Shown here: piece by piece, positions 30,101 to 40,356 of the stretch
How the letters are laid out: the number at the start of each line of letters is the position of its first letter
Numbering within the stretch: position 1 is the stretch's first letter
Assembly: GCA_049314455.1 (NCBI GenBank)
Contig: JBMOFC010000001.1
Location: 16,301-80,300 of the forward strand
Origin: Chthoniobacterales bacterium
Lineage (GTDB): Bacteria > Verrucomicrobiota > Verrucomicrobiia > Chthoniobacterales > UBA6821
Length of the DNA: 64,000 nucleotides
Direction: 5' to 3'
Notes under the pieces: generated by a model
Told to the model about the DNA's origin: nothing
The model's database searches: none
What the model saw: the letters and a program-made list of their open reading frames with translations, nothing else
Position numbers and translations under genes: made by a program

Positions 30101-33100
30101 GACGATCTCACAATAGGTGTTTATGGAGCGGGGAATAGTTTAACTATTTCTAATGGAGGTCAGGTTTTTTCTAGTAATGGATGGATTGGGGGAAATCAAA
30201 ACCACCAGGATATGAACACCTGTTCTAATAATCTCGTCTTAGTAACAGGAACTGACTCGCTTTGGAGCAATGGAGGTGCTCTCAATGTCGGTTTTATTGG
30301 TGGTAATAACCAACTCATCATTTCTGAAGGAGGAGAAGTGATTGTTGATAATAACAGTGCTGATAGTTTTATTGGCAATGGCTCCTCGAATAACACTGTT
30401 TTAGTTACTGATACCAACTCCGTTTGGAGCAATGGAGGGAATCTTTATATTGGAGGTGCAGGCGTTGGTAATCAATTGATCATTTCCAATGGAGGTACGG
30501 TTTACATTGGCGGTACTGATGCAAGCATCCTTGGAAATGGTGGTGGCTCTTCCAACAATATGGCTGTTGTTACAGGAACAAACTCCCTTTGGAGCAATGC
30601 AGGTGACCTTAGCGTTGGTTACAATGGTTCTAGTAATCAACTGATTGTTTCTAATGGAGGTGTCGTCATCAGTCCTAATGGTTATGTTGGTAATGTTGGT
30701 AATTCTAACAGTGCTATTATTACTGGAAGCAATTCCCTTTGGAGTAATAGTGGCAGTCTGACGGTAGGCGTTTACGGGGCTGGAAATAGTCTTATTATTT
30801 CGAATGGCGGTCAGGTCTATGCAGGCCAGTTTTTGAATGGAGGAAATATCTGGATTGGCGGAGATGGAGTAAATTCTGATGCAAGTTCTTTCACAGCTTC
30901 TAATAATAACGTTCTAGTCACCGGTCAGGGGTCCATTTTGGTTAGTTATGGTGATATCACGGTGGGCGTTTACGGAGCAGGAAATACATTGACCATTTCT
31001 GATGGAGGTCTCGTAGAGAGTTACTCAAATATCTGGATTGGAGGAAATGGAGTAGGGGAGGGTGGCGATCCCAATTCTTTTACAGCTTCTAACAATAGTG
31101 TCGTAGTTTCTGGAACTAACAGTGAAGTTTTTTCTTTGGTAGCTCTGGAGAATTTGGGAGTAGGTCTCTATGGAGCAGGGAATAGTTTAAATATTTCGAA
31201 CGGAGGAGCTGTGTTATTCGGAGGATCCAATAATACTATTTCCTATGCCTTGTTGATTGGCTCTGGAAGTACTGCTTCCAATAATAGTGTTTTTGTTACC
31301 GGCTCAAATTCAGCGTTGGGATCTTATAGTAGCAATTCCTATATCTATGTCGGTCTAGATGGATCTGGCAATAGTCTCACTCTTGCTGATGGAGGTGTTG
31401 TTGCATCAGCTTTCCTCTCGATTGGAAATAACGTGGGGTCTTCCAACAATAGTCTCAATATCGGCTCTTTCGGAGGAACTGATACCGCAGGACTCTTATT
31501 AATATATGATACTATCTCCTTTGGAAGTGGAAGTAATGGGGCTATTAATTTTAACCAAACTGATATCTTCACCCTGACATCTCCTATTTCGGGAAATGGT
31601 CTGGTCAACCAATTCGGCACAGGCACGACCATTCTCGCTGGGAGCAACAGCTACGGTGGCATCACTACGATCAACCAAGGAACTCTTGAGGCAACAAGCA
31701 CCAACGCGCTTGGAACCAGTGAGGTTATTCTTGGAGGTGCGGGAGCGACCAATACTAATTCTCCAGGCACCTTACTTCTTGCTACTAATCTTACCATTGC
31801 CTCGCTTGTCTGGGGAAGTAATGGATGGCTTGCTCCCAATACAACCACCAATCCTCCGCTGGAGCTTCTCACTATCGAAGGCTTCATGAGCAATGCTGGA
31901 GGTGGTGGCAGTATGTACTTTGGAAATTATTCTACGGTTGGAACCAGCACGGTGATTGGGTTTGGAAGTCAGAGTGGATTTAGTGTGGGAGATTTCCAAG
32001 CGGTCTATTCTAATGGGGTCGTAGACACTAACTGGAGTTTTGATCTAACCAGTAGCACCGTTCAGGCCATCTTCACGCAGTCGATCGATACGAACACTGA
32101 CCTCTACGTTGGAAGCAACACCTCTGGCAACGTCGTCGACCTTTATACGGCTGGCAGTTACAACTACAACAACACCTACATCGGTTACACCACTAACGCC
32201 TCCAATAATATCCTCAATGTAGCTAATGTAGGAGTTGTCTTAAATAACACGAATGATCTCTATGTTGGCGATGGCGGCGCGGGCAATACGATGAATATTT
32301 TTAATGGAGGTGTGATCAATGATACAAATGGACATATCGGTTTCGAAGGTACCTCCTCTAATAACAGTGTCTACGTCACGGGTGGCGCAACTTGGAATAA
32401 CTCTTTTAGTCTGACCGTTGGAGAAAATGGTTCTGGAAATACCCTTGTGATTTCCAACGGTACAGTCAACGCTCCGACGCTCTTTATCGGTGGTAATGAA
32501 GCTGGAGCAACCTCCTCCAACAACACCGTGATCGTCACAGGTTCTAACGCTGTTTTGAATGACAATTATAGAATCAAAGTCGGATTTGGTAACGGAAATA
32601 CCCTTATCGCTGCCAATGGAGCTACCATTAACGCGGGATCATTCTTTGCCATCGGTGAGGGAGCCGGTTCTAGTAGCAATACAGTCATACTCACAGGGTC
32701 TAATACAACCTTAACTTCCGCTCTTAATTTGGTGGTGGGCGATTTTGATGGCTCCTACAACAAACTCATTATCGCCCAAGGTGCTCATGCTAGTGTTACT
32801 GCTAATGTCTATGATAGTTGCGTGGGAGTTGGTGGCTATAGCAACACAGCACTCGTGACCGATCTTGGTTCTGCATGGATTTTAACAGATCAGCTTGGTG
32901 TTGGAGCTGGAGGCTCCTTTAGCATCTTAACAATTTCTAATGGAGGAATTGTTTCGGATCTAACTGGCTATCTTGGTTCTAACGGGGGAACCAATAACAG
33001 CGTCCTAGTCACTGGAACAGGATCGCTTTGGAGTAACAATTCAAACCTTATCATCGGTGTTGATGCGAGTGGTAATAGCGTCACTATTGCTGATGGAGCT

Positions 33101-35431
33101 TCTGTGGTCGTTGCCTCAAATATCATCATTGGTGCTTCCAGTACTTCTTCGGACAACAGTCTCAACTTTGGTGCGCTCGGTGGGAGCGACAGTGCTGGAA
33201 GCTTAGTAGCCTCAAGCATTATCTTTGGGAATGGAAGTAATGGTGCTATCAACTTCAACCAAACAAATAACCTCACCCTGACTAGCACCATTACTGGTTC
33301 TGGTTCTCTCAATCAACTTGGAAGAGGTACGACAATAATCTCCAGTAGCAATAACTACAACGGCACAACACTCATTCAAAATGGAACCTTAGTTGCAGCC
33401 AATCAGAGTGCCCTCGGCACAAGTGGAGTTATTCTTCAAGGAACGGCAACGACCAAGGGCATACTCTCCTTAAGCAACAACCTCACTATTGAGAGCCTTA
33501 CCTGGGGAAGCAATGGTATCCTAGCTCCGGACCCAGGAGTAACAGCTCTCACGGTTACGGGAACTATGAGTAATTCCGGAGGAGGAGGGACTTTTAAATT
33601 CGACCCACTGTCCGCTGGGAATGCAACCAACATTCTCATTAATTTTGGAAGCCAGAGTGGCTTTACAAGTGATAGCTATAGCATTTCTGGATTCAGCGGC
33701 TACACCTTTATCCAAACAGCTAGTAACGTTTCTGGATATCTCTCGACCAATGCGGATCTCGTGGTTTCAGATAACTACACCATCAATAACAATACGGCTC
33801 ACGTAAGCAGCCTCACCATTGCTCCTAGGGGTAGTGTTAATGGAACAGGAAACCTTAATGCTAACTTAATCAATGAAGGCCATCTAGCGCCTGGCGTTCC
33901 CACAGGTACATTAACAGTCAATGGTAGTTTCACCTGCTATCCTAAAGGAGTCCTACAAATTAACGTTGCTAGTCCCACTAGCTATGGACAACTCCAAGTC
34001 AATGGGAACGTGAACCTCGGAGGCACCTTGGAAGTAGCGCCAATAGGAAACATCCCACTTTTTTATGGTGAACAACTCACCTTCCTCAATTCCACTGGTC
34101 CCATCAAAGGAAACTTCAACACCGTTCAAATTGATCAGTCAGGCTGTCGCGGACGTGTTCAAATCATAGGAGATCCCCAAGCGATCGTCCTCATCGCTCC
34201 GACAAGCTACACCCTAGTAGCCCAAAATCAAAACCAGATGAACGTTGCTGCGGCCTTGGACAGCCTCATCCCAGCAACCAGTTCCGATGCACAGACCGTT
34301 TCCGCAGCACTTGATTTCTTAACCGCGGAGCAGTATCCAGCTGCCTTCGAACAAATCATGCCCACCCTCTACCAATCGCTCTCCACCATTGCCTTTAACA
34401 TCGACAACGCCCAGAACCAAGAAATCATCCAACGCCTCTGGGGAGTCCGCTTAGCCTCTGCGCAAGAGGCAGGGGGTAACTTCCAAATGAGCGGCTTTAC
34501 TGACAACACAGCATGCCTCCAAGAAAAAGATAAAAAAGAAATCAAAAATGACATCATGCGCCCTGCGCCTAACAACCATTGGGGAATGTTCGTGGATGGA
34601 AACGGAATCTTCGCTCAAGCCAACAGCGCCAACAACCTCTCCACCTACAACGCCGAGAGCGGTGGCGTCACCACAGGACTCTCTTACCGCTGGAACAAAA
34701 CAGTCACTACCGGAATCTACGCTGGCTACCAAGGAGTTTACAGCAAATACAACGCAGGAAGCACCCTCATTGACGACCAAGTGAATTTCGGACTCTTCGG
34801 TACCTACGGAGAAGAAAATGGGCAAGGACTCTTTATTGATGGCCTTGCTGGAGGAGCCTACGACAATTACCAAATGAACCGTAACATTTCCTTTGGCAGC
34901 GGAGACTATGCTCTTAACCGCACCGCCATGGGAGCCCCAGGAGCAGGGGAACTCAACACCATGGTTGCTACCGGCTACGACCTCAAACGAGGCAACTTTA
35001 CCTTCGGCCCACTCTCCAGCATCCAATACCAATATTTTGGGGCTCAATCCTTCAGTGAAACAGGCGCTCAAGCACTCAACCTAAACGTCAATGCCTGGGA
35101 TACCAGCAGCCTGATCTTCAGCCTTGGAAGCCATGTTGCCTACAACTGGCAAGCCACCAAAAACCTTCTGGTCATTCCTCAAATTTCCTTAAGCTGGCAA
35201 CATCAATTTTTAGAAAATCCTTATACCATCAACAGCACCTTGAATTACGGAAACAGTCCTACCTTTGCCAATACCAGCAGCGTCCCACTTCGCGACACCC
35301 TCTACACCGGCATTGGCGTTACGATGGAATTTGCGAAACGCTGGGATACCTCCTTCTTCTACAATGCCGCTGCCGGCAACCAAGATGTCGTCAGCCAAAA
35401 TATCTTCTGGAGTTTGGGGTATAAGTTTTAG
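27200..35431 (+). CDS. Giant autotransporter (type Va), 2743 aa, beta-helical repeat passenger
   Basis: Signal peptide; dozens of SNNSVLVTGxxSxWSN/LxVGxxGxGNxLxISNGG repeats; two NQxGxGTTI..NxYxGxTxIxxGTL repeats; C-terminal beta-barrel ending SLGYKF. Confidence 0.95.
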   Translation: MGKNQVSLLLCVLICTLFLARASIGQSLYVGTNSTPETNIFSSGTTTYDSIYIGTISTASNNSLQISNTGTTLIDTNINTGIFIGYYGSANNMTIAAGATQQNYGYAWIGGNYADASSSTASNNSVLVTGSSSSWFNGQDLTVGVYGAGNSLIISNGGSVNNNHYAWVGGNAYGTNGDYNGDANSATSSNNNVVVTGNGSRWNIGYDLTIGVYGSGNTMNILDGAQVAVQGNGWIGGNGVYPNSDSTNSSTASNNTVVVSGSNSLWSNGGDLIVGLYGPNNSLIISNGGVVRDNYGWIGGNSSYGDPQSSTSSNNSIVITGNGSMWSNGQDISIGIYGGGNTVTISDGGQLQDVNGWIGGGWTNNGITSSNNSVLVTGSNSIWNNAGMLTIGSYTAGNSLVISNGGAVIVSGDGVIGGNENDTNNNLSSTAASNSVLVTGSNSSWNIQGSLIVGAYGAGNTMTIADGGQVTNQYGRAWIGGEVYGVSNPASVTSSNNSVVVTGSNSTWYAGSILTIGCYSSGNSLMIQNGGTVFSTADSDDNYQSPWGTWIGGNAFGDAPNSYMASNNSVLVSGAGSLWSNGGDIGIGVYGTGNTMVVSNGGHVMNAGSGWIGGDGYNANDTSSTASNNSVLVTGLDSLWSNAGNLTVGVYGAGNSLVISSNAQVFSSNGVIGLYATSLSNSVTVNSGGLWSNSGILSIGSSSNAGSGSLLVDGSGSRVLAQSIAINNGTLQIGSNADSAALGNAIMTLNNSSQVRSAATLNLLASFTMDTLNWGYGYVALFSSNASISTSGSLAVNTLNVISGGGIFDFSYYSASGTNVVLSASNGISNTFQAYSYGTLDTNWSFSNNGNTLEAIFTQATYSSSDLYVGSNTSGNVVDFYTGTNSYDNTYVGYATNASSNVLNVANSGTVLSNSGNLYVGDEGSGNIMSIFNGGQVFDAQGSIGFTNSSSSNSVFVSGAGSLWSNSDDLTIGVYGAGNSLTISNGGQVFSSNGWIGGNQNHQDMNTCSNNLVLVTGTDSLWSNGGALNVGFIGGNNQLIISEGGEVIVDNNSADSFIGNGSSNNTVLVTDTNSVWSNGGNLYIGGAGVGNQLIISNGGTVYIGGTDASILGNGGGSSNNMAVVTGTNSLWSNAGDLSVGYNGSSNQLIVSNGGVVISPNGYVGNVGNSNSAIITGSNSLWSNSGSLTVGVYGAGNSLIISNGGQVYAGQFLNGGNIWIGGDGVNSDASSFTASNNNVLVTGQGSILVSYGDITVGVYGAGNTLTISDGGLVESYSNIWIGGNGVGEGGDPNSFTASNNSVVVSGTNSEVFSLVALENLGVGLYGAGNSLNISNGGAVLFGGSNNTISYALLIGSGSTASNNSVFVTGSNSALGSYSSNSYIYVGLDGSGNSLTLADGGVVASAFLSIGNNVGSSNNSLNIGSFGGTDTAGLLLIYDTISFGSGSNGAINFNQTDIFTLTSPISGNGLVNQFGTGTTILAGSNSYGGITTINQGTLEATSTNALGTSEVILGGAGATNTNSPGTLLLATNLTIASLVWGSNGWLAPNTTTNPPLELLTIEGFMSNAGGGGSMYFGNYSTVGTSTVIGFGSQSGFSVGDFQAVYSNGVVDTNWSFDLTSSTVQAIFTQSIDTNTDLYVGSNTSGNVVDLYTAGSYNYNNTYIGYTTNASNNILNVANVGVVLNNTNDLYVGDGGAGNTMNIFNGGVINDTNGHIGFEGTSSNNSVYVTGGATWNNSFSLTVGENGSGNTLVISNGTVNAPTLFIGGNEAGATSSNNTVIVTGSNAVLNDNYRIKVGFGNGNTLIAANGATINAGSFFAIGEGAGSSSNTVILTGSNTTLTSALNLVVGDFDGSYNKLIIAQGAHASVTANVYDSCVGVGGYSNTALVTDLGSAWILTDQLGVGAGGSFSILTISNGGIVSDLTGYLGSNGGTNNSVLVTGTGSLWSNNSNLIIGVDASGNSVTIADGASVVVASNIIIGASSTSSDNSLNFGALGGSDSAGSLVASSIIFGNGSNGAINFNQTNNLTLTSTITGSGSLNQLGRGTTIISSSNNYNGTTLIQNGTLVAANQSALGTSGVILQGTATTKGILSLSNNLTIESLTWGSNGILAPDPGVTALTVTGTMSNSGGGGTFKFDPLSAGNATNILINFGSQSGFTSDSYSISGFSGYTFIQTASNVSGYLSTNADLVVSDNYTINNNTAHVSSLTIAPRGSVNGTGNLNANLINEGHLAPGVPTGTLTVNGSFTCYPKGVLQINVASPTSYGQLQVNGNVNLGGTLEVAPIGNIPLFYGEQLTFLNSTGPIKGNFNTVQIDQSGCRGRVQIIGDPQAIVLIAPTSYTLVAQNQNQMNVAAALDSLIPATSSDAQTVSAALDFLTAEQYPAAFEQIMPTLYQSLSTIAFNIDNAQNQEIIQRLWGVRLASAQEAGGNFQMSGFTDNTACLQEKDKKEIKNDIMRPAPNNHWGMFVDGNGIFAQANSANNLSTYNAESGGVTTGLSYRWNKTVTTGIYAGYQGVYSKYNAGSTLIDDQVNFGLFGTYGEENGQGLFIDGLAGGAYDNYQMNRNISFGSGDYALNRTAMGAPGAGELNTMVATGYDLKRGNFTFGPLSSIQYQYFGAQSFSETGAQALNLNVNAWDTSSLIFSLGSHVAYNWQATKNLLVIPQISLSWQHQFLENPYTINSTLNYGNSPTFANTSSVPLRDTLYTGIGVTMEFAKRWDTSFFYNAAAGNQDVVSQNIFWSLGYKF

Positions 35432-35528
35432 AACCTGTCTTCAAAATCTACTGCAGCTACGATGGGCTGCGTCCCGCCGCTGGCTCTTTCTCCATCATCA
35501 GCCGTAGCAATTTTGAAAATAGGTTCTT
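35430..35528. mobile_element. Internally deleted RPE-like MITE (obgE subfamily); overlaps the autotransporter stop
   Basis: TIRs AGAACCTGTCTTCAAAAT...ATTTTGAAAATAGGTTCT; its reverse complement aligns with both ends of 56913-57058. Confidence 0.85.
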
Positions 35529-35562
35529 TAGTCAGAAGGTTAGGTTAACTTAATATAATTTT

Positions 35563-36561
35563 ATGGAGCAAACTCCCCCTCTCGTTTCCGTACTGATGAC
35601 TGTTTTTAATGCAGAAGAATATTTGGCAGCTTCCATTGAGAGTATTTGCAACCAGACATTTGATGACTGGGAATTTTTGATCGTGGATGATGCTTCGACC
35701 GATCGTTCGCTTCAGATTGTAGAAGAGTATGCTTTGAAAGATCAACGGCTTCGTGTGATTCGAAATAAAATAAACAAAGGTCAAACAGCCTGTTTGAATC
35801 AAGGTCTGAGCGAGGCTCGTGGAAAATGGATTGCCAGGCAAGATGCGGATGATCTTTCTTTGCCAACACGCTTGGAACAACAAATTCAATCTGTAACACA
35901 TCATCCCAATCTAGTATTGGTAGGCACTTGCGGTTTCATTATTGATGCTCACGATCGTCTTATGGGTCTATTGGATGTTCCCTTGCGACACGAAATCATT
36001 TATTGGAGTGCTGCTATAGCTAATCCGTTTTTACATACATCTGTTTTGTTTCAAACCGATGTGGTGCGCTTCTTGGGAGGCTACGATACAACCTATCGCA
36101 TTGCTCAAGATTACGACCTTTGGGGGCGTTTGATGGCGGCTGGCTATGACACCAAAAATCTTTCGGAACGCTTGATCTGTTATCGCCACGTAAATCATTC
36201 TTTATCCAAGGGAAATCAGCAGCAAACGCTTCAAGAAATTTCAAGGGTCTCAGAGCGTTTGGCTGAGGAAACGTTTCGAGAAACGCTTTCACATGAAGAA
36301 CGAGTTCTTTTGCAAGGCTGGCGTTCTTCTCAAAAACGAACAGCTTTTTGGAAGCTGTATCGCAAGCTCTCCTCTTTTTTGTCACAAGAAAACATCTTGA
36401 TCCAAAAAGATTATGCTCGTTTTACAGCAGCACTGCATCTCAATGTGGCTGGGTGCTGTTCTGGCCTCGCACTGTTAGAAGAGTTGGTGGCGGCATTCAT
36501 GGCTGATGCTAGCTTTTTTGTGAGTTGGATGTTTCAGCGCTTATTTCCAAAAAATTTTTGA
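35563..36561 (+). CDS. Glycosyltransferase family 2
   Basis: [31 protein letters not shown]. Confidence 0.93.
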   Translation: MEQTPPLVSVLMTVFNAEEYLAASIESICNQTFDDWEFLIVDDASTDRSLQIVEEYALKDQRLRVIRNKINKGQTACLNQGLSEARGKWIARQDADDLSLPTRLEQQIQSVTHHPNLVLVGTCGFIIDAHDRLMGLLDVPLRHEIIYWSAAIANPFLHTSVLFQTDVVRFLGGYDTTYRIAQDYDLWGRLMAAGYDTKNLSERLICYRHVNHSLSKGNQQQTLQEISRVSERLAEETFRETLSHEERVLLQGWRSSQKRTAFWKLYRKLSSFLSQENILIQKDYARFTAALHLNVAGCCSGLALLEELVAAFMADASFFVSWMFQRLFPKNF

Positions 36562-37102
36562 GGAGTAGTTTTCCTTCTTGAGTCACAATGGACTCAGGAT
36601 GAAATTGAACTCCCCAAAGTGGTAGCGTTCGATGTCGCAGAGCCATAATTTCTCCTTCTTTTGTTTCTGCAGTAATTTCCAAGCAGGAGGGAAAGGTTTC
36701 ACGTCGCACTAAGAGGCTATGATAGCGCATCGCTGAAAAAGGATTCGGAAGATTTTTAAAAAGATCGTTTCCACCGTGGTGGATGAGAGAAGGTTTTCCA
36801 TGCATCAGACGAGTGGCTCTTACAATTTCACCTCCAAAAACTTCTGCGATGCATTGATGACCCAGGCAGACTCCTAAAATCGGAATTTTCCCAGCAAATG
36901 CCTCAATGAGGTCCTTGCTGATACCCGCATCACAAGGCCTTCCCGGGCCTGGCGAGATGCAGAGATAATGGGGGTTTAGAATCCTTATGTCTTCGAGTGT
37001 GATTTGATCGTGTCGAACAACCTGTGGCTCTGCTCCGAGTTCTCCAAAATAATGAACTAAGTTGTAGGTGAACGAATCGTAGTTATCGATGAGGAGGAGC
37101 AT
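36509..37102 (-). CDS. trpG: Anthranilate/aminodeoxychorismate synthase glutamine amidotransferase (TrpG/PabA)
   Basis: [34 protein letters not shown]. Confidence 0.93.
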   Translation of the reverse strand: MLLLIDNYDSFTYNLVHYFGELGAEPQVVRHDQITLEDIRILNPHYLCISPGPGRPCDAGISKDLIEAFAGKIPILGVCLGHQCIAEVFGGEIVRATRLMHGKPSLIHHGGNDLFKNLPNPFSAMRYHSLLVRRETFPSCLEITAETKEGEIMALRHRTLPLWGVQFHPESIVTQEGKLLLKNFLEISAETSNSQKS

Positions 37103-37297
37103 GCTTTCAGAATGAGTAAAGAGTAAAGGGTGATGGGTAAAGAGGATAAAATCGAAACAAAATTAGTTATCGAATGGCCCATTTTTATAGGATGTTTTTT
37201 TCAAAAAATAGAGCTCAGTAAATGGTTTCCATTATTGCGCCGGCTACTCTCTTTACCCCCATGCGCTATCAATCTTCTAGAGTGATGGCATTAACAG

Positions 37298-37460
37298 TAT
37301 AGTCTTTTAAAGAGAGAAGGGCGCGATAAGAGGATGAAATTTTTCTTGATAACAAGGCCGAAGAGCGAGCGCTATCTTAAGATAACGTGAGTGATGAGAA
37401 CGCTGTTATCAAGAAAAAGAGCAAGTTCAGATCGTGCCCTTATGGATTTAAAAGACTATA
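37298..37460. mobile_element. RPE-like MITE bounded by TATA
   Basis: TIRs TATAGTCTTTTAAA...TTTAAAAGACTATA; inner arms TTTTTCTTGATAACA/TGTTATCAAGAAAAA; core GAGCGAGCGCTATCTTAAGATAACGTGAG. Confidence 0.85.
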
Positions 37461-37483
37461 GATTGCTTCCTAGCAAGTTCCAG

Positions 37484-37945
37484 TTACCGTCGTTGTTTCT
37501 CAAACCGCACAACTTCTCGTTTCATTTCACGAGTGGCATCTTTCTTTTTTAAATCTTGACGTTTATCTCCTGCTTTTTTTCCTTTGCCAACACCTATTTC
37601 TACTTTGACTTTTCCCTGTTTCCAGTAGAGCCGCAGTGCTGGTAGGGCGCGCCCATGCCGCAAGGTTTGTTCTGCCAAACGGCTGATTTCTGTTTTATGC
37701 AGCAGTAATCTGCGAGGACGTTTTGGATCATGGGTTTCATGGCTCGCTTGTGCATAGGCTTGAATCGTAGCCTCGCAAAGATAGATTCCTTTTTTTTCGA
37801 ACCGAGCAAAGGCGCCTAGCAGATCGACATGACCCTGACGAATCGATTTTACTTCTGTTCCGAGTAAGGAAATACCGGCCTCTAAGCGATCTAAGATTTC
37901 AAAGTCTCGAAGCGCTTTTCGATTCAAGACGATATCAGCGCTCAT
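37484..37945 (-). CDS. smpB: SsrA-binding protein
   Basis: NRKALRDF, EAGISLLGTEVKSIR, RRLLLHKTEI, GKGKK..DKR. Confidence 0.97.
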   Translation of the reverse strand: MSADIVLNRKALRDFEILDRLEAGISLLGTEVKSIRQGHVDLLGAFARFEKKGIYLCEATIQAYAQASHETHDPKRPRRLLLHKTEISRLAEQTLRHGRALPALRLYWKQGKVKVEIGVGKGKKAGDKRQDLKKKDATREMKREVVRFEKQRR

Positions 37946-37954
37946 GATGAGATG

Positions 37955-37975
37955 TACCCGTTCCCTGAACGGGTG
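37955..37975. repeat. Solo 21-bp hairpin repeat
   Basis: TACCCGTTC-CCT-GAACGGGTG fills the rpoZ-smpB gap. Other solo copies at 2865-2886, 5111-5133, 41605-41625 and 42759-42779. Confidence 0.8.
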
Positions 37976-38194
37976 CTATGCTAATGCTTCTTCTTCGGAA
38001 AGCAGATTCAAGATGGAGACATGGTGAGCAGCGATTTCTGAGAGAGCAATGTCAGCAAATCCCATATTAAAAGCGTTAGCAATCAAAGGGCGGCTTCCTG
38101 CGGTGAGTTGGCGAACACGTTTGCTAACAATATTCACTAGAAGTTGTTTGTTTGGGATCACCAAAGCGGCTTGCTCGATAAGTTGGGAATTCAT
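37976..38194 (-). CDS. rpoZ: RNA polymerase omega subunit
   Basis: LVNIVSKRVRQL..GSRPL..DIALSEIA; 72 aa. Confidence 0.88.
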   Translation of the reverse strand: MNSQLIEQAALVIPNKQLLVNIVSKRVRQLTAGSRPLIANAFNMGFADIALSEIAAHHVSILNLLSEEEALA

Positions 38195-38275
38195 AAATGG
38201 CGGGAAATTTTAAAAAGGAAGTGAATTTTTAAAGCAAAAGAGGCTTGACGGCAATAAGAATCATTATTCGTTTTG

Positions 38276-40147
38276 CTATGAGATTTGATTTTTCAAACAA
38301 AAGAGAATCTTCTCTGCAATGGCCTCTGCAGTCAGACCATATTTTTGCCTTAGGATCGGAACAGAACCATGTTCGATAAACTGATCGGGCCAGCCGATCC
38401 GTAGGAGCGGTGTTTTGATCTCCTTTTCTTCAAGGTGTTCGGCAACAGCTGTCCCAAAGCCATTCAGGAGTGCATGGTCTTCTAAGGTGACCAGCAGTTT
38501 TGTTTTTTTTGCAAAAGCATTCACTGTTTCTTTATCGAGTGGTTTGATCCAACGAGGATTAATCACCGCTGCATGAATCCCCTGTTTGGCTAATAATAGA
38601 GCTACTTCCTGGGCAATGGCGCAAAAATTTCCTAATCCAAAAAGAGCGACATCTGTTCCTTCACTGACTATTTCTGCTTTGCCTACAGTGAGTAACTGAG
38701 GATTTTTTTTAGGAATGGCTCCTGTGCCTGTGCCCCGCGGATAGCGAATCGCCATTGGTCCTTCCTGGTGATGAAGCATGGTCCAGAGCATATCGACAAA
38801 TTCTTCTTCGTCTTTGGGCTGCATCTGAATCATGTTGGGAATAGCCCGCAGGTAGGCGATATCAAAAAGACCATGGTGTGTGGGGCCGTCATCACCCGAA
38901 AGTCCAGCACGATCCATGCAGAGCTTCACGTTAAGGTTCTGCAAGGCAATGTCATGAACGATCATATCAAAAGCCCGTTGCATGAAAGTGGAGTAAATGG
39001 CTAGGAATGGCTTCATTCCTTGTGTTGCCATCCCTGCGGCAAAGAGAGCTGCGTGACCTTCGGCAATACCGACATCATAAAAGCGATCGGGATGACGCTG
39101 TGCAAAGTGGATCAATCCTGTTCCATCGGGCATCGCTGCAGTGATGGCAACAAGAGAAGCGTCATGCGTAGCAAAATGAGCAAGTGTTTGTCCGAAAATT
39201 TCGGAGTAGGTTGGCGTGGCCGAAGAATCAGTCTCTCCGGTGTCTGGTTGATATTTCCCAAGGCCATGAAACTTGTGGGGTTTTGCCAAGGCGGGAGCAT
39301 ATCCTTTCCCTTTTTCTGTAAGGATATGAAGGATAACCGGTTCTTGTTGGGTCTTGAGAAATTCAAACGTCCGAATGAGGAGTGAGATATCGTGACCGTC
39401 AATAGGACCATAGTAGCGAAGTCCTAGATTTTCAAAAATAACACTGGGGAGCAAAATTTGTTTAACACTGGTTTCGATTTTGTGAGCCAGATGGCGTGCT
39501 TTTTTTCCACCAATCCATTCTACAAATTTGGCAGCCTGCTCGTGGAGATGGGCATAGGCGGGGCTTGTGGTGATACGATTAAAATGTTGAGCAATGGCGC
39601 CGGTATTTTTGGCAATCGACCATTTGTTGTCATTCAACACAACGATGAAACGTTTGGTGGTCGCAGCAACGTTGTTTAAGGCTTCATAACTCGTGCCACA
39701 GGTGAAAGCGGCATCGCCAGCAACAACAACGACATGTTCGTTTCCTTGATGATGATCACGTGCTGCAGCCATTCCTAGAGCGGCAGAAAGGGCTGTGCCT
39801 GCATGTCCTGCACCGTAACAATCATGCTCACTTTCACTGCGTAATAAAAATCCATTGAGTCCACCATGTTGACGCATAGTTGCTAGCCTGTCGCGGCGGC
39901 CTGTGAGCATTTTGTGGACATAACCTTGATGGCTGACATCAAAGAGAAATTTATCCTCAGGAGTGTTAAAAACGCGATGCAGTGCAATGGTCAGTTCTAC
40001 GACTCCTAGATTAGGTCCGAGATGACCTCCTGTCTGCGAAAGCGTTGTGATGAGTTCTTGCCTGATTTCCGAAGCGAGTGCCGGGAGCTCACTTTCTGGC
40101 AGTTCTTGCAGTGCAGCGCACGAATCGATGAAGGTGGGGTGGCTCAA
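38276..40147 (-). CDS. dxs: 1-deoxy-D-xylulose-5-phosphate synthase
   Basis: GGHLGPNLGVVELTIALH, DVSHQGYVHK, GPIDGHD, DVGIAE, DRAG..G.DGPTHHG. Confidence 0.98.
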   Translation of the reverse strand: MSHPTFIDSCAALQELPESELPALASEIRQELITTLSQTGGHLGPNLGVVELTIALHRVFNTPEDKFLFDVSHQGYVHKMLTGRRDRLATMRQHGGLNGFLLRSESEHDCYGAGHAGTALSAALGMAAARDHHQGNEHVVVVAGDAAFTCGTSYEALNNVAATTKRFIVVLNDNKWSIAKNTGAIAQHFNRITTSPAYAHLHEQAAKFVEWIGGKKARHLAHKIETSVKQILLPSVIFENLGLRYYGPIDGHDISLLIRTFEFLKTQQEPVILHILTEKGKGYAPALAKPHKFHGLGKYQPDTGETDSSATPTYSEIFGQTLAHFATHDASLVAITAAMPDGTGLIHFAQRHPDRFYDVGIAEGHAALFAAGMATQGMKPFLAIYSTFMQRAFDMIVHDIALQNLNVKLCMDRAGLSGDDGPTHHGLFDIAYLRAIPNMIQMQPKDEEEFVDMLWTMLHHQEGPMAIRYPRGTGTGAIPKKNPQLLTVGKAEIVSEGTDVALFGLGNFCAIAQEVALLLAKQGIHAAVINPRWIKPLDKETVNAFAKKTKLLVTLEDHALLNGFGTAVAEHLEEKEIKTPLLRIGWPDQFIEHGSVPILRQKYGLTAEAIAEKILFCLKNQIS

Positions 40148-40356
40148 GGCAAGTAATGGGTAACGAGTAACGGGTAAGGAGTAGGATTTTTGAACTCTCT
40201 TTTGTAAGCAATGTTATTTTTTAGAAAAGAATGAAAGACAAAGAACACATGGATAAGATAAAGAGCGCAAAAGAAATTTTATGAAAAATTTTCTCTATTT
40301 TAATGATGCTGGTTGCATTTTTTTTGAGAAGAGACTCGTTTAAGAAAATAGGTATT

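Noticed and set aside
29690-32230. Diversity-generating retroelement TR/VR pair in AAC-rich autotransporter blocks
   Set aside because: Differences between the blocks are not adenine-specific, include indels, and no reverse transcriptase is in the window.
34451-35071. 206-aa antisense ORF in the autotransporter barrel
   Set aside because: A shadow ORF caused by biased codon usage of the sense gene.
37103-37483. tmRNA next to smpB
   Set aside because: No tRNA-like ends or tag frame; the region is explained by heptamer arms and a MITE.
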